Positions 13,850-26,232 of a DNA stretch of 64,000 bases are shown in pieces (position 1 is the stretch's first letter; each line of letters opens with the position of its first letter). Source of the DNA: Felis catus (Eukaryota). The position numbers and the translations under genes were made by a program. The notes below the pieces were generated by a model. It did not search any database. It worked only from the letters and a program-made list of their open reading frames with translations, and was not told the origin of the DNA. The DNA lies in NCBI RefSeq assembly GCF_018350175.1, contig NC_058368.1, positions 167,898,001 to 167,962,000 of the forward strand, given 5' to 3'.

Positions 13850-14222
13850 CTGTATCAGAATTGTCCAGGGTACTTGTTAAAAATCCAGATTCCTAGGAGC
13901 ACCTGGGTGGCTCCACTGGTTAAGCATACGACTCTGGCTCATGTCATGATCTTGCAGTTTATGGGTTCAAGCATCGTGTTGGGCTCTGTGCTGACAGCTC
14001 AGAGCCTGGAGCCTGCAGCCTGCAGCCTGCAGCCTGCAGCCTGCTTCGGATTCTGTGTCTCCCTCTCTCTCTGCCCCTCCCCCGCTCTCTCTCTCTCTCA
14101 AAAATAAATAAACACTAAAAAAAAATCAGATTCCTAGAATCTGCAAGTATGGCAAAAAGCTTGCAGTATTACAATGCTCCCTGTGTGATTATTTTGCACC
14201 GTAAGGTTTCAGAACTACTGCT
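13850..14222. mobile_element. MER5-like hAT MITE split by a SINE
   Basis: 'tgtatcagaattgtccagggtacttgttaaaaatccagattcc' ... 'gtgattattttgcacc..gtttcagaactactg'. Confidence 0.6.
13896..14120 (+). mobile_element. CAN-SINE with internal (AGCCTGC)5 expansion
   Basis: Full SINE layout; TSD aaaaatc(c)agattccta 13879-13895 / 14121-14136. Confidence 0.95.
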
Positions 14223-15006
14223 GTAGTAGCCTCTTCACTTGTGTACAGCGTGTTACAGGTGATCTCTAGCTTTCTTTCCAAAGGCATAAGGTGCAGTGAT
14301 CAGAGATGTCAGGTAGACTGAAGGCTCCAACTCTTGTTCTTCCCTTTATAATATAACATTCTGCAAGTTATTGAACTCTCAAAATCTTGAAAATAAAGCT
14401 TTTAGTACATCATAGAGATGCTCTGGGGATTCAAGAAAATTTGTGTTAAGAGTCTGGCATACGGGAGGCTCTCAAAGATAGCATTATTAGTCCAATCCCC
14501 ACAGTGACAATTAACTTGTTGTGCAGCTGGTCCACAGAATGTACCTCAAAACAGCAGCCAATAAAGAAATGGACTATTTTGGGGTTGTGTGCTCCTAACT
14601 ATCCAAGCCATGGTGATTTGATGAAACCCTAAGAAGTTTTACAAATACTTCCCAAGGTTAATTTTGTGGGAATGGGTAGAAAAGAGACTGTTTATTGGAT
14701 AATTAAGGGCAAAGTCAAGAAAAGCACTGAAAAGAAATGGTTCCAAAACAAAAGTAAATTTTTGCATTTTCTCTGTGCCCAAATCTAAGAACCTATAGTG
14801 TTGAGAAGGTAGCAAGTGAATTTGCATAGATTTCACATTTAAAATTACGACATAATTTGTCACCTTCAGGACCGTGAGATTGATTTCTTTAATTTTAAAT
14901 TTACATGGTTTCACTGCTTTGCTTAATATAGTCACTTCTTGATTATTCCTTTCTTTTCTTTGTGCTTTCTCAACCTTTTAGTGTCACTGATTAAGAATCC
15001 TTATAC

Positions 15007-15185
15007 CAGAAGTATACATCCAAAACGACAAAGGGCACTGGCTTTATAAGTAATCCAGGTGAGGATAATGGAGATAGAGACCCAGGAAGAGTGGTTGTAA
15101 ACAGCATCTGGTTCCACCAACTGTTCTACCACACTCAGCCAATTAGTGTGATCAGGAAGTAACATGCTAATAAACAGTTGTAACA
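15007..15185 (-). CDS. Candidate internal exon (LQLFISMLLPDHTNWLSVVEQLVEPDAVYNHSSWVSISIILTWITYKASALCRFGCILL), unrecognised
   Basis: Strong acceptor cttgtttcctttctctcctttccag|, donor CTG|gtataa (weak); 179 nt open in one frame only (phase 1 to 0); non-repetitive. Confidence 0.35.
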
Positions 15186-15758
15186 CTGGAAAGGAGAGAA
15201 AGGAAACAAGATTTTTTCATTGGTTAGAAAAAATGGCTTCAGGCCAAATTACCAAAAAAAAAAAAAAAAGAAAAAAAAAATCACCCAGGAAGAAGAGAAT
15301 CTTTAATTCCTGTTTAGAATATACATTTAGAAATACATTACTTAAAAAGGACTATCCTTAAAACTGATATTTTAGTGAAGAAAATGTTACACGTCATTTG
15401 TTGGAGGTTCACAAAGACTTTAATGCATTGGAGATATTAGATTCCTCAAACTGGGGTATATTCCATGTCTCCATCTAACAAGCTGTGTAGCTCTCTGTCC
15501 ATATTATCTCAAGTACAACCTAAGCTGCTTTGTATGTCCAAACACAGCATAAGCACACACTTATGTACATGTATAACAAAAGTAAGTAAGCACTTTTAAT
15601 TGTACTTTGACAACAGAGCATATAGCTGGTGATTATTTAAAACATAATTGTGGTAGAAACTTCCTAGTGATTCAGTTGGATTGAGAAAAAAACAGAAATG
15701 TTTAAAAATGAACCCCCATTTCCCATTTTCACTTAACAGTTTTAAGATGACCTAGTTA

Positions 15759-15975
15759 GGGCACCTGGGTGGCTCAGTCAGTTGAGCGTCCGATTTCAGC
15801 TCAGGTCATGATCTCACGGTCTGTGAGTTCAAGCCCTGCGTTGGGCTCTGTGCTGACAGCTCAGATCCTGGAGCCTGCTTCAGATTCTGTGTCTCCCGCT
15901 CTCTCTGACCCTCCCCCATGCTTTGTTTCTCTCTGTCTCAAAAATAAATAAACATTTTTAAAAAATTAAAAAAAA
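15759..15975 (+). mobile_element. CAN-SINE (SINEC_Fc type)
   Basis: Full layout; perfect TSD aagatgacctagtt 15744-15757 / 15976-15989. Confidence 0.97.
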
Positions 15976-17471
15976 AAGATGACCTAGTTGATTCTACGGG
16001 GCGATGTACATCAACATGTAGAATGCATCCTTAAACAGCAGTTTCTGAACCAGGCATCCTGTGCAAGCCTCAAGGCCCTGTGTCCCTGTGAATTTGTAAC
16101 TGTCGATGTGGTAGAGAAAAGATCTAAGTGGAAATAGTACAATGGCCATGTAATACAGGTAGAAAGCATAATTACCTCCCGTATGACTCAGTCAACTATG
16201 GTGCATAGAAATGGAGTGGCTTGGGGAAAAAAAAAGTGAATCATGAGTAAAAATAGGAGAAAAGATAGCCCAGATTCTTTGTCAGTTGTTCAAAGCACAG
16301 AGAGATATAGAACTGTTCCTGTAACTGTCTGTAAGTTTAAATATCTCCTCTCTTCTCATTGACCATCAATATTTCCCCGTATTTGGCTTTAAGACTCCTA
16401 CTGACTAACATAAAATCTTTACTCTGAGAACTAAAGGTATACCGTACTGATCTCACAATCATCTACACTAGCGCCAGCCAGCTCAAAATTTGAGAATCGA
16501 CATCTCACATACTTTTCCTACATCCTCTTGTGAAGAAAGAAAAGCCTAAATTATTTATTCCTCTGCAGTAATTCCAGTCAAAATTAACTTGTCCTTAAAA
16601 AGCAGGAAAACACAAATGACTTAGCCGTTTGATGTAGAGATACTTGTTATGTGCTCCTCTGTCTTATAGCCTCCTTTTTTTAAATCATCCATTTCCTCTT
16701 TAATTATATTTCAAATTGATCTTACTTAACTACTGAGTTCAGTAAAAACAACATGACACATTAGAACTTATGATGTTCTTCATTTTATCTAAAGATGTGA
16801 ACTATAGCATGTTGCATTTTGTACACCTCAAAAAATACTTTATTAAGAGCTCCTTCCTCATGCCCACATGAAAAGTTATCAGTGTCCTTCCATCCCTCAA
16901 TAGCTGCTCCTTCAGTGACCACTGCTCATGCCCAAGCTGTGACCTGTTCATCGGCAGCCTATATTTAATGCAAATGTAATAGAGGTTTGGAGATCATTCA
17001 AGCTCTGAGGAACAGCGCAAGGGCTCTAAAATGAACACTCCTGTGCGTGCTCCTGGCATACCCCCGAACAATAGGCTCTTCCTCTAGTCCTGGTCTCTTC
17101 CCACTTAAATGTGGCTGCCAGCTAACACCCATGAACCACTCTCCTTACATTGGACAGACCTCTGCTTTCTCAGAGGTATCTAAATTAAACGGATAACTTT
17201 CAAAATTACATGTAAAATAATCTTGTCCTAAAGCTAAGACATAAAAAGTGAAGGAAAAATTGTATCAAGTTCTAAATTTTATAGGGGTTATTGTACATCT
17301 TTCAAAATTTTGCATCTTCAGTTTTATGAATGATGGGTAATCACACATTTTCTTAAAATAAATTCTGTCATATTATAGTTTAAAATGTCAGGTATGGTCA
17401 AGGTTCTGTGGAAATTAGTGGAGACACGAAGATCAGGTGCTTTAGCATCAGGAAGTGACTTGAATCATGTG

Positions 17472-17485
17472 GTCTCCATGGTAAC
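17472..17485. promoter_or_regulatory. RFX X-box-like motif GTCTCCATGGTAAC
   Basis: Close match to the palindromic RFX X-box; ETS-like CAGGAAGT about 20 bp upstream. Confidence 0.35.
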
Positions 17486-18253
17486 AGCCTTGGTGCTTAC
17501 ATCAAAGGGCCTTCTCTTACATGCACAATACCCCATGATGTTTCTGATGAGTGCTTGGGCCATAGGATTGTTCTCCCTCTGCATTCAGGGCCCGTTATTA
17601 ACCTAAGTTTGGGACGCTGATGGTTGAAATTATCAATCACAGAACCCTGGGTTTAGCAGAGTACAAAAACCACTTCATATAAAGAAGAATGTTCAGGAAT
17701 CATTTAGAAGAACCTCATGTATTTTCAACTTACTTTTATTCAGTTACACAAGAAATTAAAGCGTTTTGAGCCGTGATCATTATTTAATATACGGGGCCGC
17801 TATATAATCACACATACAAGCACTTATACGCACACAGGCACATCGTTAGTATCAAGATAAATTTTATTTCTGTATATATTTTGTGATGTGTCTCACCTGC
17901 CTTTCACATGGGTCTAATCAATACCCTTATATCTCCTTTCATTCACTCATCAAATTCACTAGCTTATTTGCTTGGTACATTTCAACACTCACACTGTAAA
18001 AAGCATGTTAATCACTCCATCTTATGGTATATTCTAATAGCAGTAGCTTTTATTATGCAAAAATGTTTATATCCCCAACGTACAAAGTTATGTGAACTTA
18101 TAACATGGGAACTATGTCTGCTGTTTATTACTAAAAACAGTTTCAGGTCCCTTCCAATGTGGTCTTGATTGAAGCAGAATAGAGCTTAAAGTGGTTTGCT
18201 AAGGTTGCGGCTAGAAACGGCTTCTTAGTTCCCTGTTTCTTTTATACTGTGGG

Positions 18254-18267
18254 TTTTTCTTTTCTTT

Positions 18268-18331
<64 letters not shown>

Positions 18332-18332
18332 T

Positions 18333-18400
<68 letters not shown>

Positions 18401-18403
18401 TTT
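18254..18403. repeat. (TTTC)n tetranucleotide microsatellite, about 150 bp
   Basis: Directly visible. Confidence 0.99.
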
Positions 18404-18919
18404 GTCTCTGGAACTAACATGGTCTCACAAAAGCAAGAAAAGCTCTGGGAGGTTTATTCAGCACTTTGTAATAAAATCCATACTTACTGCAGGGAATGTT
18501 TCAGTAGATCTGTTCTCAATGACTAAAATTAATCTGTGTACCTTCCTTTTCACGTGACACACAAGTCCCAGGGCCTTATTCTGTTGTGGAAACTGATATT
18601 CAGATTAATCAAGAACAGGAATGATATGGGTAGAAGGCAAATTTGGAGAATTTTGTGGTTCCTGTTGGTTTTCAATTCCTTTTTATTTTTGCTCCTCTGA
18701 ATACATTGATTTTCATGTGGGCTGGAGCTTGCTCATTTATCCATGGTTCTGGGATTCAGCTTGTCCTAAGTCTCCTGACATGCATAGTTGCTCATTCATC
18801 AACTTTCTTCTTTAGAGTAACCCCCAAAGGTTTCTGATAGACTGAAAATATAGCAACCCATTGTTTTTGGGTCTGACAGGTTGGCTACAATTGGAAACAT
18901 TCTAATATGGTAACATTCA

Positions 18920-19400
18920 GTAACTATTTACTGACTGCTGCCTCTGTGCCATGTACTGTGCCAGGATAGAGGAATACAAATGTTTGAAGTCACAATCCCA
19001 AGCTTTAGGGAGTTCCCAATGTAGAGGGAAAGAAGGATGGTAAGTTTTAATTCTCACAAGAGTGGGATGCAGACTCCATACCACAGTATAAAAATAGGAA
19101 GTTATGGGTGTGCAGAGGAGATGCAGGTAGGCTGAGTGCCAGAGAAGGTTTCCTTGAAAAGGTGAAGTCTGAGCTTAGCACAAAGTGCTAGTAAGAACCA
19201 GCCTGTCTGCAAAGAAGTGGAGTCCAAGCCAGGGAGGGGACACATTAGGTGAAATAGGCAATACGTACAAGAAGCACAGACATAGGACACTCGAGTGCAG
19301 TCAACTTCAGATGAACCAAGGTAATGCGGTAGGGAATGGGCACCAAGAGGGTGGAGCAAAGACAGCGGAAATAGTCATAGGTGATTCAGACTCATGGTTC
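18920..19400 (-). mobile_element. L2 remnant
   Basis: 'tatttactgactgctgcctctgtgccatgtactgtgccagg', 'cagagaaggtttccttgaaaaggtgaagtctgagct' resemble reverse L2 3' end. Confidence 0.6.
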
Positions 19401-19840
19401 AAACAAAATCAAAACCTGGAACAATGTGGATTAAACAGAACTAATAGAAAATGTTTTTCTTGGTAAATATGCATTTCTTGAAAGACGCCTGGTTTGAGAA
19501 TGCTTTCATTTAGAGATGGAAGACTATCTCAGTTGCACTGATTTCTCAGCTAAACTTTTTAACTTCAAGTAATCATGGGTTGGGGTTTATGTATGTGGGG
19601 TTAGGTGGGAGGGAGCAAAGGATCAGGGATCGGTTCTGGGGAGTCTGGGGAAGAGAAGATCAAGATTTTTATAATGATAACTTTTATTCATTAATTCCTT
19701 ATGGTAAATGTGACTTAGAAAAGAGTGAAATGCCCTTGGAATGAAAAGGGCGAACTCAATAAATTTTCACCACAGATCTGTTAAATGCATTTTTTGTTGT
19801 CTAAGTCTTTAAAAATAAAATATTTACACTGTTTCTGTTT

Positions 19841-19972
19841 GGAAAGTTCTTTAAATGGATGATGATGTTGGCTGCACAACACTGTGAATATACTTAATGT
19901 CAATGAACTGTACACTTAAAAATGACTAAAATAGCAAATTTTTTGTTTTGCATATTTTACAAAAAATTAAAA
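19841..19972 (+). mobile_element. L1 (L1MA/MB-type) extreme 3' end
   Basis: 'gctgcacaacactgtgaatatacttaatgtcaatgaactgtacacttaaaaatg'. Confidence 0.8.
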
Positions 19973-19990
19973 TATATATAAAGTTATGTA

Positions 19991-20456
19991 TAGTAGGGTC
20001 CCCCCTTTTCTGTGGGGGATATGTTCCAAGACCCCCCAGTGGATGCTTGAAACCAAGGATAGTACCCAATCCTAAATACACTATGTTTTCCCTATACTTA
20101 CATACCTATAATAAAGTTTAATTTAGAAATTAAGTACAGTAAGAGATCAACAATAACTAAAAATAAAACAGAAAAATTATAACAACATACGATAATAAAA
20201 GTTATGTGAATGTGGTCTCTCTCTCTCTCTGAAAAAATCTTATTGTCCTATATTCGCCCTTCTTTTCGTGATGATGTGAGATGATAAGATGCCTACGTGA
20301 CGGGATGGATTGAGGTGAATGATGCAGGCATTGTGATGTAGGACATTATTACTGACCTTCTGATGATACATCAGAGGAAGGCCATATGCTCCTGGACTTG
20401 AAACCAATGGAATTGAAACCATAGAAAGTGAAACTGCAGATGAGGGGAAACCACTG
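19991..20456 (-). mobile_element. MER44-like Tigger (Tc1/mariner-pogo) MITE
   Basis: Degenerate terminal inverted repeats (tagtagggtcccccc.. / ..gaggggaaaccactg) flanked by TA; 'gttccaagacccccagtggatgcttgaaacc' matches recalled MER44 end. Confidence 0.8.
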
Positions 20457-21105
20457 TATATATTACATGTGATGTAAAATATATAAAATATACATTACAT
20501 AAGTTAGGATTTACAGTAGAAAACTTTTTATATAGTGTAAATCAGCATTAACAACATTAGTTAATAACCCATGCCTTCACTGTGACTATAAACAGTCCAC
20601 TGTATAAATAGCTACCAATTATTGACCATTTACTCCAGCAGGCCCTCTACACAACATACCACACATGCTCTTTGATACTGGTATTATTCCCATTTTACAG
20701 ATAAGGAATATATACTTTTAGGATAACAAAAATCACTTACAAGCAAAATTCGAAGATCATCATGTAAAAGTTATTGCTATCACCTTGCATCTCAAATGCC
20801 TGTTTCTCATACTCTTAAATGCACTTTAAAAGTTATCTATGAGCCAGGTTCTTTGAAACTAATAACTGAGCATGTATCAGGTTTTTTTTTTAATGAACAA
20901 CTTCTCATTTTATTTTTTTTAAAAATGCGTCTAACCATAAGCTAATTATTTCCTTCGTAAATTAGAAAAGAGTAGTGGTTATCAATAAATTTACATAGCT
21001 GATAAAATTTTTTAATGACTTCATTAATTTCAAGGTCCATATAGGCCTCCTTGTAGATAATGTCTGAATTTGGCAAAAGAATAAAATTTCATAAAGAAGA
21101 CAGTT

Positions 21106-21312
21106 GGGGCGCTAGGTGACTCGGTTGATTAAGTGTCTGACTTGGGCTCAAGTCATGATGTCATGGCTCATGGGTTCGAGCCCCGTGTCAGGCTCTGTGC
21201 TGACAGCTCAGATCCTGGAGACTGCTTCAGATTCTGTGTCTCCTTCTTTCTCTGCCCCTCCCCCACTCGTACTCTATCTTTCTCAAAAATAAATAAACAA
21301 TAAAAAATTAAA
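21106..21312 (+). mobile_element. CAN-SINE
   Basis: Full layout; TSD aagacagtt. Confidence 0.95.
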
Positions 21313-21859
21313 AAAGACAGTTATTTTAAACAATGCATGCCACCCAATAATCTAGTTCTAAAAAGCTATCTGAATAATTTCATAGTACAAAATCCATCCT
21401 CCTTTAGGGTGGTTTTCAAATTTGTAACAGCAAGTATCTGTTCATGATAGGGAAATATATATATTATTTGGGAGAGAAAATCATACACTATTAAAGAATA
21501 TTTTCTTCTTAATATTTGTAGGATTCCAGAACCCTGATCTTTTATTAAACTACAAATATTTTATAAACTCCGGGACTTTACCAGAATACTTAAAGCATTA
21601 ACTTCAAGTTAGAAGCCTATGGCTTAGGTACTGGTACACCCATCCACCTTTTCATTGAGGGCTTACTATGGGCCAGACAACTTTTTAGGCACTGATGAAT
21701 AAGACAGACATAGTACATTATTTCTAAAATGTGGAATGAGAAATTAAACAAAACAACATATAGATGTAAACTGTAAGTCCTATATAAGAAATATACAAGG
21801 TGCTAAGACTAAACATAAGAGAAAGGATCTTTTTGCCATTTTGCCATTAATTTCAATGA

Positions 21860-22060
21860 ACTGGGAGCAAAGGCTTTGAAGTCAGAAAAAACTGGATTTT
21901 AATCCTGACTTCTCTAGTCAGTTGCTGTGTTACTGAACCTTTCCAAACTTTAGTTTTCTTTACCTAGAAAGTGAAGATAGCACTTCTTTTTCTTTGAGTG
22001 TTATTCTAAGAGGGATAAAGTATACAAAATGCCTAATAAAATCAACGATATACATAGTGG
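21860..22060 (+). mobile_element. MIR
   Basis: 'ggctttgaagtcagaaaaactggattttaatcctgact..ttagttttctttacctagaaagtg'. Confidence 0.65.
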
Positions 22061-22192
22061 TGCCATTATTACCATAAGCCCTCCATTCATTATAAAGTAC
22101 AAAAACTGAGCATGAAACACATTTAACTCTGGGAGCACAGAAAATCATGTTACTTCTCTGTGACAGTCAGTTGTTCTGCCATTGTTAGCATA

Positions 22193-22748
22193 CAGACAAT
22201 CCCCAACTTAACAACTGTTCAATTTAGGATTTTTCAACTTTACAACAGTTCAAAAGCCATACATACTCAGTAGAAACTGTACTTCGAATTTTGAATAGTG
22301 ATCTTTTCCTGGGCCAGTGATGGGTGGTAAATACTCTTCTGATGGTGGGCAGTGGCGGCCACAGCTCCCAGTCATGTGATCACGAGGATAAACAACCCAT
22401 AGACTTATAACCACTCTGCATTCATACGGCCATTCTGCTTTTCATTTTCGGTACAGTATTCAATAAACTATGCAAGACATTCAACACTTTCTTACAAAAC
22501 AGACTGTGTCTTAGATGATTTTATCCAACTGTAAGCTAATATAAGTGTTCTGAACACATTTAAGGAAGGCTAGGCCAAGCTACGATGTTCAGTAGGTTAG
22601 GTGTATTAAATATATTTTCAGCTGGGGCGCCTGGGTGGATCAGTCAGTTGAGCATCGAACTCTTGACCTGGGCTCAGGTCATGATCTCACAGTTTGTGGG
22701 TTCAAGCCCTACATGGGGCTCTACACTGACAGTGTAGGGCCTGCTTGA

Positions 22749-22802
<54 letters not shown>

Positions 22803-22939
22803 GCCTCTCCCCCAGGCTCTCTCTCTCCCAAAATAAATAGAAACCTAAAAAAACGTACATGTATTTTTGACTTATGGTATTTTCATCTTAGAACAGGTTT
22901 ACTGAGACATAACCCTACTGCAAGTTGTGGAAGAACTGT
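22193..22939 (-). mobile_element. MER47/Tigger5-like DNA transposon, interrupted by a SINE
   Basis: Ends 'cagacaatccccaacttaac..ttttcaactttac' and 'ttttgacttatggtattttc..aaccctactgcaagttgtggaagaactg' resemble recalled MER47 termini. Confidence 0.7.
22624..22853 (+). mobile_element. CAN-SINE with expanded (CT)n
   Basis: ggggcgcctgggtgg head, long CT tract about 22752-22800, A tail. Confidence 0.95.
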
Positions 22940-23759
22940 GCTCAAATTTTGCAGAGGCAAGTCAACAATTTTATTATTCAGAAACTCACCCTAGGGTTTA
23001 GGTAACAGAAAGTAAACTGTGGTAAGTAGATTCTTTTCTAGTTAATGAGGCTAATCATCAGATAATTTATAACATCTAAAAATTCTGAGTAAATGCTTAA
23101 GTTTGATTTCCTTTGCTGGTACAAAAGAGACCTAGCACAGTTATCACCTAGGCAAATGTCCAAATAAACAAAGTTTGAGGAATATGAATAAAGTAGAATA
23201 GCTTTTATGTCAGTAAGAGCTTTTTAAGATTTATTATAGTCCCAGTCTAACACACACAGGTGAACTTACCACACAGCTGACAATTTTTTATTTCACTTTG
23301 TGTAGGGACAACCTGGCATCAGGCAAAGGTTCCCATTTTCTTTATCCAAATGGATAATTTTGCCCAAAGAGATCACTTTGTCATATGAGCTTTCATGTGG
23401 TGAGCTGGCAGATTTGCTGCCGCCTTATATGATCAAACAACAACAATAAAAATCACAGGGGAGGCAGTGCATGGGCAAAGCACAATTAGAGCCATGAATA
23501 ATTCTCAGGGATAAAAATTATTACTTGGAGAATAAACACTGTGAAGTTATTTATTATCTATTCCTTTCATAAAATTACCCAAAATGAAGAGTACTTAAAT
23601 GTAATACAAATATCAAATGTAATACCAATATCCTAACTGGATCCGAACTGCACGATGACAATCCTGAGCCAAGAAGCTACCCCCAACTCTCATAATTTAA
23701 ATGAAGTATCTTAGTAAAAATGATAGTTCCATTAAATGTTGTTCCATTATCATTAGCAC

Positions 23760-24160
23760 AGATAGCTTTACCTTCAAGGCTATTTATAGGAAGCTAATAA
23801 CTGAGACCCCCAAGACCTCGATTTGCATAAAAAGAAGGCAAGGCTACATTCTCTCAGGTACACAAATGGCAACCACATAGACAAAAGCTCTAAGAACTCA
23901 TAATCTCTTCTTTTCGGATTTCGTCAGAGATGGCTGGCTAATTGGAGGAACTCATGAAAGTTCCTTACAATCCAATTAGCACTTCAGTGCAATTAAGTGG
24001 TAGAGGCTTCCCTATTCTGCAGAGACTGCCTTTGATCTTGCAGTGAAAAGTGTCCTTCCTTAAAGCTGAGGTTTTGATTTTTTTCTCAGTAATTAGTGCT
24101 AATTGTAAACCCAAGCCTGACCTGCTATAAACAGAGTGTTTTACCGCATTTGACACTAGG
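23760..24160. promoter_or_regulatory. Candidate enhancer (MEF2, octamer, TCF/LEF and several homeodomain motifs)
   Basis: CTATTTATAG 23780-23789; ATTTGCAT 23821-23828; CCTTTGATC 24029-24037; repeated TAATT/AATTA sites; no recognisable repeat. Confidence 0.4.
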
Positions 24161-25259
24161 ACCTTAAATCAGTGTTCTCTTTTGTCTATATTGTACTTGC
24201 TTATTAGAAGTCTGGCTATTTTGCTCATTATTTGATGCACAATGGATAAGTACATACTAAAGTCAGCTAAAACAAATGCCTTGATCTTAAGAGCTTGTGT
24301 GGGTATTTTCACTGATGTCTTTTAAGCCCAGTTACCATAAAAGTAGTTGATTGAATTTCACTTAAGGAATATACTGTAGTTTTTCCAAACAAAGAATGAC
24401 TATTCAAAAGCAATTTCTAAAGAGGTTTAGTGACCCTTGTATGTTTGGAAAATAAAAACAAAAGATGAAAATGGTCTTTTCATGGGAGCAAACATAAAGA
24501 ACTGCATAAATCAACTGCAGTAGTCTGCTGAAAAATACCTATTATAACAATGTCTGCTAAACTCAACTCATTTGTTTAGATTCATAAAAATGAATTAAAA
24601 TATAAGCCTATTAGTGAGTAGGGCAATGAGATAGCTCTATACGGAAATAAGATACTGCAAAATAAAAAATCCCAGATCTTCTCTAAGGTATAGATAAGAC
24701 CCTCTGAAATTAGCATACATTTTCTATGCAAATTCAAAGCGGCTGGATAGTAGATAGGATGTTCCTCCCCCAAATATGTTTTTAAACATACCCTATTCTG
24801 TTACTTAGTAAATGGTTACCTCAGAAAAAATTATAAATGAAACTAGGCCCAACTCTGATGATACTATTAGACATTCTGAATTAGGACCAAATTAGTGATC
24901 TTGAAGTAGACATAGTCTAGTGCACAGACACAAAATTACCAGAGGGAAAAATAATGTATCTAAGTAGAAATACACACTACACATAAAATATGATGACACC
25001 AATTAGCACTCCTTAGAAATGGCTATTTGGGTGAATTTCTTTTCCTTTCAGAAAAAAGTGAAGAATCTAGAAAGAGTAGTCAAGGACATCGTGCCTGAAT
25101 ATGACCGAAACAAATAAAAGCAAGATGTGCTCTTAGAAATTGTCCCTTGTTTTATGTCTTTCAAATTTATTTTAATCATCTAAAAAACTGAAGTATTACA
25201 TGCATATAGTTTGGAAATCAAGTAAAAGGTCTGTTAAAAACTTAAGAGTGACTAAAGAG

Positions 25260-25480
25260 AAACAAAAAAACCCCAGATGCTTAAATACAGAAAACTAACT
25301 GGTGGTTGACACAGAGGGAAGGTGGGGGGGGGGGAGGGGTAAAAAAGATAAAGGGGATCAAGAGTACATTGATCACGATGAGCCCTGAATAATGCATGGA
25401 ATTAGTGAATCATTATATTGTATACCTGAAACTAATGTAACACTGTATGTTAAGTACATGCCAATAAAAAAAGAAAAAAA
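25260..25480 (+). mobile_element. Carnivore L1 3' UTR end
   Basis: G-rich tract, 'attatattgtatacctgaaactaatgtaacactgtatgttaa', aataaa and A tail. Confidence 0.85.
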
Positions 25481-25580
25481 TACCCTTAGGTATATTTATC
25501 CCATCTCCTCTTTTCCTCCTCTCCAAAGGAAATGACTATCAACTCTTTCAGTCATTGCTTTGGCTCTTCACCTCCATAGT

Positions 25581-25619
25581 TTTACAAGACCCGTGCTCTA
25601 ACCCCTGAGCTATGGAGCC
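25581..25619 (-). pseudogene. Tail-less 5'-half tRNA-Thr(TGT) retropseudogene
   Basis: Minus strand reads GGCTCCATAGCTCAGGGGTTAGAGCACGGGTCTTGTAAA, one mismatch to the recalled mammalian tRNA-Thr-TGT 5' half; ends just after the anticodon; direct repeats acctccatagtttta 25570-25584 / 25625-25639. Confidence 0.88.
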
Positions 25620-26084
25620 AACTGACCTCCATAGTTTTAAATCAGCTAGGACTTCTCTAGTGAGATAGCTCACAGGGATAACCCCTGACTATCTGTATTC
25701 TGGGGCTCATCTGGAAGAAGACCTCATATTTAGTAGTAGACTTCCACTTGTGTTTTCAATGTGGTCCCTCACGGTCTTCAGTCCCTGAAGTCTCTGAGGC
25801 CTGAGACTCTCTGATTCAGTCTCCCTGACAGCTTAAAATCCTGCCTGGATAGAAGTGGCCAGGTCATCTGACTAGGCACAGAGGAGATGTGGGGGAAAGG
25901 AAGATCAGGAGCTCTAGCTGCAACTTGTATACCTTTTCAAGCAATCCATTTTCAGTACCCTCACCTTCTATTACTAGAAATTTCTGAGCCCTTTCTGAGA
26001 AGCAGATTGGCTAGCTGTTCTTTGGTACTTTCAACTTGTAAGTGTTTTTGTTTGTCCTCTCTAGTAAATTCTCTCTAGTAAATA

Positions 26085-26232
26085 ACTTATTTTTTAAAAT
26101 ATTTATTGTGGTAAAATATATATTAAAAACTTGCCATTTTACCTATTTTAAATGCACAATTCAATGGCAACGATTAAATTATTATGCAACCATCACCAAT
26201 ATCTCCTCCCAAAGATTTTTCATTATCCCAAT
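26085..26232 (-). mobile_element. L1 3' end fragment
   Basis: 'tttattgtggtaaaatatata..ttgccattttacctattttaaatgcacaattcaatggca..tgcaaccatcacca' is a reverse L1MB-like end. Confidence 0.75.

Noticed and set aside
18211..18557. KKER-repeat and FFLS-repeat ORFs
   Set aside because: Translations of the (TTTC)n microsatellite
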